Source: Alphaproteobacteria bacterium
GTDB taxonomy: Bacteria; Pseudomonadota; Alphaproteobacteria; RF32; CAG-239
Direction: 5' to 3'
NCBI GenBank assembly: GCA_045633825.1
Contig: JAZQZB010000039.1
Coordinates: forward strand, 7,961-71,960
Length of the DNA: 64,000 bases
The notes under the pieces were generated by a model. That model did no database searches and was not told where the DNA came from. It saw nothing but the letters and a program-made list of their open reading frames with translations. Both the position numbers and the translations under genes were made by a program. This document shows, piece after piece, positions 59,305-64,000 of this stretch. How positions within the stretch are numbered: the stretch's first letter is position 1; each line of letters starts with the position of its first letter.

Positions 59305-59413
59305 TTATTTTGCAAGTTTTCATTTCATGTTTTTGCAATTTTTCATTTAATGGTTTTGCAGAAATTCATTTTATGTTTTTGCAATTTATCGTTCGGCAGT
59401 TTGAGAGTTTTTT
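59305..59413. repeat. Iteron-like array C: four to five tandem ~22-bp units (catttcatgtttttgcaattttt etc.)
   Basis: Seen directly; the block 59352-59412 is about 93% identical to 56999-57060. Confidence 0.75.
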
Positions 59414-59520
59414 GTAATTAAAGTAAGATTGAGATAACGCTTGATTTTTTGAATAAAATTCACTTTAATTATAAAACACCTATCAATTATTATTAGGACT
59501 TAATTAAAACGGAGTGGACT

Positions 59521-61116
59521 ATGAGACTATTGATTATCGGCGGTGGGGCATCTGGGGCAAGTTGTGCAACCAGATTCAGAAGATTAAATGAACAAGCCCA
59601 AATTACTATATTGGAAAAGACGGATGAAGTTTCTATTGCTAATTGTGGTTTGCCTTATTATATTTCCGGTGTGATTGAAAATCGTGATGACATATTGGTT
59701 TCTAATCCTCAAAAATTTAAGTCATGGTTTAATATTGATGTAAAACTTAAAACAGAAGTAGTTCAAATCAATAAAGAAGAAAAGTATGTTATAACAAATA
59801 CGGATGAGCAAATTTCATACGATTATTTGGTAATAGCAACGGGGGCAACTCCCATTGTGCCAAACTTTGAAGGTTTAAATAAAGACAAAATATTTGTGGT
59901 GCGTTCACTTTATGATGCTGATAAAATCAAAGCCCATATTAAGAAAAATAATATTCATAAAGTAGCAGTTATCGGGGGCGGTTTTATTGGCGTAGAGGTT
60001 GCCGAAAATATGATAGAAATGGGCTTAAAAACCTCTTTGATTGAAATGAACAATCAGATTTTGGCGCCTTTGGATGTGGAAATGGTACAACTTGCTCATA
60101 AAGAAATGCTATCCAACGGAATTGATTTGATTTTATCTGATGGTGTTCAAAAGTTTGACGGCAATAAAATTGTTTTAAATTCCGGTAAAGAAGTTGAATT
60201 TGATATGTGTGTTTTGGCCATTGGTGTTAAACCTGAAATCAAATTGGCAGAAACAGCCGGACTTCAAATCAACCGAGGCATTATTGTTGATGAAACATTA
60301 AAAACGTCTGATGCATTTATTTATGCTGCCGGTGATAATGTGGAAATAAAAGATTTTGTCAGTTTGCAAAATACTTTGGTGCCATTGGCAGGACCGGCCA
60401 ACCGTCAAGGGCGTATTATTGCCGATAACATTAACGGGGTGCGTTCTACATATAAAAGCACGCAAGGATCATCTGTTGTTAAAGTGTTCGGCTTAACGGT
60501 TGCAAGTTCAGGTAATAATGAAAAGCAATTAAAACAAAAGCAAATCCCATATTTAAAAACGTATGTATATTCACGCTCTCGTGCCGGATATTATCCGGAT
60601 GCTGATGCAATTTTATTTAAGTTATTGTTTAACAAAGACGGAAAAATTTTGGGCATTCAGGGAATAGGTAAAAGTGGTGTTGAAAAAAGGGTTGATGTGG
60701 TGGCAACCATTATGAGAAATAACGGATCTATTCAAGATATGATTGATGCGGAACTTTGTTATGCACCACCGTATTCCAGTGCGAAAGATCCTGTCAATGT
60801 GTTGGGCATGAATGCCGATAATATTATAAACGGATTAGTAAAACCTGCCTTTATAGAAGATTTGGAAGAGGCTCTTGTTATAGATGTTCGCCCACCGATG
60901 ATGTATCAGCAAGGAGCTGTTCAAAATGCTATTAACATTCCGATTATGGAAATTAGACAGCGTTTGAATGAAATTCCAAAAGATAAGAAAGTGGTTTTAT
61001 CTTGTTCAACAGGATATACCAGTTATTGCGCCTCCAGAATTTTAATGCAAAACGGCTTTGATAATGTTTACTCCTTTATGGGGGGATATGATTTTTATAA
61101 AGCAGTAAAATCGTAA
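59521..61116 (+). CDS. CoA-disulfide reductase / NADH oxidase-family flavoprotein with C-terminal rhodanese domain
   Basis: FAD motif IIGGGASG, redox Cys (SIANCGLPY), second Rossmann VIGGGFIGVE, C-terminal rhodanese (…LSCSTGYTS…). Confidence 0.8.
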   Translation: MRLLIIGGGASGASCATRFRRLNEQAQITILEKTDEVSIANCGLPYYISGVIENRDDILVSNPQKFKSWFNIDVKLKTEVVQINKEEKYVITNTDEQISYDYLVIATGATPIVPNFEGLNKDKIFVVRSLYDADKIKAHIKKNNIHKVAVIGGGFIGVEVAENMIEMGLKTSLIEMNNQILAPLDVEMVQLAHKEMLSNGIDLILSDGVQKFDGNKIVLNSGKEVEFDMCVLAIGVKPEIKLAETAGLQINRGIIVDETLKTSDAFIYAAGDNVEIKDFVSLQNTLVPLAGPANRQGRIIADNINGVRSTYKSTQGSSVVKVFGLTVASSGNNEKQLKQKQIPYLKTYVYSRSRAGYYPDADAILFKLLFNKDGKILGIQGIGKSGVEKRVDVVATIMRNNGSIQDMIDAELCYAPPYSSAKDPVNVLGMNADNIINGLVKPAFIEDLEEALVIDVRPPMMYQQGAVQNAINIPIMEIRQRLNEIPKDKKVVLSCSTGYTSYCASRILMQNGFDNVYSFMGGYDFYKAVKS

Positions 61117-61239
61117 GCAAAAAGCATATTTTAACGATTATAAAACAAGCAGGCAGAATAAAAGTATATTTATTTGAGAAAATTTTGTTGTTGTCGTTTA
61201 AATCAGTTATTAAGTTGCAAGAAAAGTGTTAAGATAAAA

Positions 61240-61272
61240 ATACCTCTCTTTTTTTAAGAGAGGTATTTGGGA
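61240..61272. terminator. Bidirectional terminator (aaaatacctctctttttttaagagaggtatttgg)
   Basis: Perfect hairpin between convergent genes. Confidence 0.7.
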
Positions 61273-62949
61273 TTATATTGTTGCGGTTGCTTTTTTTAGC
61301 CATTCTTTTAATTTATTATCGCAAAGAGGGGATAGTTTTTCAAAAACTGTTTTATGATAATTATTAAGCCAAGTTATTTCTTGTTCGTTTAACATATTTT
61401 TGTTGATTAATTTAAGGCAGAAAGGAACAAGAGTTAAAGGAGTAAATTTGAGCATGTTATCAGAATATAAACTTGTTGTCTCTTCAATGATAACCAAGTT
61501 TTCAAGTCTTATTCCGTATTCGCCTTCAAGATAAAAGCCCGGTTCTATCGAAACAACCATATCTTTTTTCAAAGGTACATTGTTTTTTTGTGAAATTGAT
61601 TGCGGACCTTCGTGAACATTTAAGAAATGACCGACACCATGACCCGTTCCGTGAGCATAGTCTTGTCCCATTTGCCATAATTTTGCACGAGATAAAATAT
61701 CTAAAGCACTACCGACGGTATTTTGCGGGAAAAGGGTAGATGCTACGGCAATATGTGCTTTTAGGACTTGTGTATAGTTTTGTCTCATTTCATCACTCGG
61801 AGTGCCGATAGCAATAGTACGAGTGATGTCGGTTGTCCCGTCAAAGTATTGTGCGCCGCTGTCGAGCAGTAATAAAGAATCTCCTTCAATTTTTTTATTT
61901 GTTTCTTGTGTCGGATGATAGTGAATTATAGCACCGTTTGAGGCAAATCCGGCAATAGTATTAAAGCTTTCGGAATAAAAATTTTCTCCTTGTTTTCTAA
62001 AATTTAGGAGTTTATCAATAATTGATAATTCATCGATATTATCTGATGTGTTTTCCAAATAGTGAAGTAATTTGCAAACAGCTAAACCATCTCTGATATG
62101 GGCATTTTTAATACCGGTTATTTCAACCGGATTTTTTTGAGATTTCCAATCGACAATCGGGTTGTTAATGTTATTTAACCAAATATGCTTGTCTTTCATT
62201 AAAAATTGAATTCTTTTAGGAGTGCGATTATAGGCAACTCCGATATTTTTGCCTTTATAATTATCTAATTCTTTATCCAAAGTTGAAAAATCATTTGTAA
62301 ACAGTGATACCTCTCCTTGAGCAGAGATAAGAGCAAATGCGCGAATGATAGGAGTGTTTGGGATTAAGTCGGAACGTAAATTCATAAGCCACGAAACACA
62401 ATCGCATTCACAAATTAAATAACCGTCAAGTTTATTGTCGTTGATGAATTTAGTAAAATAAGATATTTTTTCTTCTGATGAAATTCCGCAAAATTGTTCT
62501 TCTAATTCAAAAATGTCGGCTTCGGCTTTAATAATGCGATCGCCAAGAATGTTTGCTTTGTCATCAACAAAATCATGATTAGATAATGAACGTTTCCAAA
62601 AGTCGACCTCGGAGATGCTGTGACACCAAGAATTGTATAAAAATTTGGTGGGATTTTCGACGTTGTTTTGTATCCATGTTCCGATAGATTCTCTAGTACA
62701 TATAACAGTTATTAAATTGTTATCGACTTGATTACGGGCTTGCAGTTCATAACGACCGTCAACAAGTAAAACGGATTTATCTCTGAAAATTATTAAGTTT
62801 CCGGCAGAACCGTTAAATCCGGTCAGCTCAAAAATTTTATTTTCTTTATCTAAAATATCTTGGCCTAAAAACAGATTGTTTCTGGTTACAATATAGGCAT
62901 CAAAATTTAATGAAATAAGTTGTTTTTGAATTTCTGAAATGGTAATCAT
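61273..62949 (-). CDS. pepP: Xaa-Pro aminopeptidase (M24B, aminopeptidase P)
   Basis: HGTGHGVGHFLNVHEGP metal-binding motif; about 560 aa with N-terminal creatinase-like domains. Confidence 0.85.
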   Translation of the reverse strand: MITISEIQKQLISLNFDAYIVTRNNLFLGQDILDKENKIFELTGFNGSAGNLIIFRDKSVLLVDGRYELQARNQVDNNLITVICTRESIGTWIQNNVENPTKFLYNSWCHSISEVDFWKRSLSNHDFVDDKANILGDRIIKAEADIFELEEQFCGISSEEKISYFTKFINDNKLDGYLICECDCVSWLMNLRSDLIPNTPIIRAFALISAQGEVSLFTNDFSTLDKELDNYKGKNIGVAYNRTPKRIQFLMKDKHIWLNNINNPIVDWKSQKNPVEITGIKNAHIRDGLAVCKLLHYLENTSDNIDELSIIDKLLNFRKQGENFYSESFNTIAGFASNGAIIHYHPTQETNKKIEGDSLLLLDSGAQYFDGTTDITRTIAIGTPSDEMRQNYTQVLKAHIAVASTLFPQNTVGSALDILSRAKLWQMGQDYAHGTGHGVGHFLNVHEGPQSISQKNNVPLKKDMVVSIEPGFYLEGEYGIRLENLVIIEETTSLYSDNMLKFTPLTLVPFCLKLINKNMLNEQEITWLNNYHKTVFEKLSPLCDNKLKEWLKKATATI

Positions 62950-62950
62950 T

Positions 62951-63817
62951 TTATTTAACCTTTTGCATTAGGGCTGCGCGCCAATTATCCATTGAATATA
63001 ATTTTTTTAGTTGTAGTCCTTGTTGTTCGTGGGCTGATATAACATCGTTTACTTGGTCTTCGACAAAACCTGATAGGATACAATAACCGTTGAATGTTAA
63101 ATTTTTAGCTAAATCAGAGGCAAAAGCAATGAGGGGATTGGCTAAAATATTGCATAATATTAAATTATAAGGTGAATTTGATTGAATAATATTATGTTTG
63201 TAGCCGTCGCTGACAATAGCTTGAATTTGATTGGTTAAATTATTAGTTGCGGCGTTTGAATTAGTAACAATTATGGCTTCGTCATCGATATCACCGGCAA
63301 TGATTTGAGTATTATTCCAAAGTTTTGCGGCGCAGAGTGATAATATGCCGGAGCCGGTTCCGATATCTAAAATTTTGTTTGGAGTAAATTCAGAATTATA
63401 AAGGTCAGAAATGGCGTTGATACAGCATTGAGTCGTTTGATGATTAGAGCCAAAGGCTGTGGCGGCATAAATTTGGAGCGGAATTTTATCGGTTTTGGGA
63501 GGGGTGTTTTCGTGAACACCGTATATGCAAAAATTACAAATTTCAAACGCATCAAATTTTATGACATAGTCTTTTAGCCAATTTTCGCTTTTTAATTCGG
63601 TTATTTCATAAGGCGGTAGTTTAACGGAATAAAGTTTGGCTTCATCTAACATTTGTTGTTCGTTAAAATCGTTGCCTAAATAGCCTATATATTCATCAAT
63701 TCCGTTATCATTGTAGTTTTGAGATACTACTTCAAAGAAATTATTTAAAAATTCATCGAAGTTTTCTTTAACTGGTTCTAACGGTTTGAAGGTAATTTGC
63801 CAGCATCTTGATGTCAT
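62951..63817 (-). CDS. prmA: Ribosomal protein L11 methyltransferase
   Basis: SAM motif ILDIGTGSGILSLCAAKL, GDIDDEAI, about 290 aa. Confidence 0.85.
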   Translation of the reverse strand: MTSRCWQITFKPLEPVKENFDEFLNNFFEVVSQNYNDNGIDEYIGYLGNDFNEQQMLDEAKLYSVKLPPYEITELKSENWLKDYVIKFDAFEICNFCIYGVHENTPPKTDKIPLQIYAATAFGSNHQTTQCCINAISDLYNSEFTPNKILDIGTGSGILSLCAAKLWNNTQIIAGDIDDEAIIVTNSNAATNNLTNQIQAIVSDGYKHNIIQSNSPYNLILCNILANPLIAFASDLAKNLTFNGYCILSGFVEDQVNDVISAHEQQGLQLKKLYSMDNWRAALMQKVK

Positions 63818-63927
63818 TATTTTAATTATCCCATTGCTTGTTATAATTTTGTTTACTAAAATGAGTTTATGATATAATAATTAAAAATAGATTTATATAA
63901 CTTTATTTTAATCGGTGATGTAGGCTC

Positions 63928-64000
63928 ATGAAAAAAATAATAATTTGTTTGTTAGCTTGTTTGAGTTTGAATGCATGTGTTAAGGCAGGCGATTTTGATT
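63928..64000 (+). CDS. Putative lipoprotein, N-terminal fragment (MKKIIICLLACLSLNAC…)
   Basis: Lipobox-like LNAC after a hydrophobic signal; runs off the window end. Confidence 0.4.
   Translation, partial: MKKIIICLLACLSLNACVKAGDFD

Noticed and set aside
53907-59413. Possible CRISPR array (regular short direct repeats)
   Set aside because: The ~22-bp units are contiguous or degenerate with no unique spacers between them and no cas genes, so this is iteron-like, not CRISPR.

Overview
This 64-kb window comes from a low-GC (about 34% by eye) alphaproteobacterium-like chromosome, judged from gene content and synteny. The alpha-type signals are the phoH-ybeY-lnt-XRE block, the yqeY-dnaG-rpoD block, and an rpoD with a long acidic insert. 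A complete mreB-mreCD-mrdA-rodA elongasome operon is present, which argues against the polar-growing Rhizobiales. Positions 1-41 kb are mostly housekeeping: the rplR-rpsE-rpmD-rplO tail of the ribosomal operon, folD, miaB/phoH/ybeY/lnt, mnmA, trmB, ddl, miaA, the elongasome, trxB, greA, dnaG and rpoD. Accessory items are interspersed in this part. They include a repeat- and microsatellite-rich intergenic region upstream of a basic/acidic protein pair, two tandem degenerate EAL-like paralogues, Cys-rich small proteins, and a secreted DUF3015-like/DUF4105-like pair. A CAU-anticodon tRNA that looks like tRNA-Ile2 sits at 41.3 kb. Downstream of it lies an ~18-kb accessory region (41.4-59.5 kb) that I call a defense island in the findings. 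It contains an OLD-family ATPase/TOPRIM nuclease with a downstream unknown partner, a Type II restriction-modification pair (C5-MTase plus PD-(D/E)xK REase), and a Gabija-like gajA/gajB pair. Further along are a GC-richer segment with a TerS-like DNA-binding gene and a standalone GHKL ATPase flanked by ~40-bp direct repeats, then a frameshifted XRE antitoxin-like gene and a DUF4143 AAA+ ATPase operon. The last two modules are delimited by three arrays of ~22-bp iteron-like direct repeats. Housekeeping genes resume at 59.5 kb (Cdr-rhodanese, pepP, prmA). No CRISPR array or rRNA was seen. All functional calls are from motif recognition by eye, with no database search.
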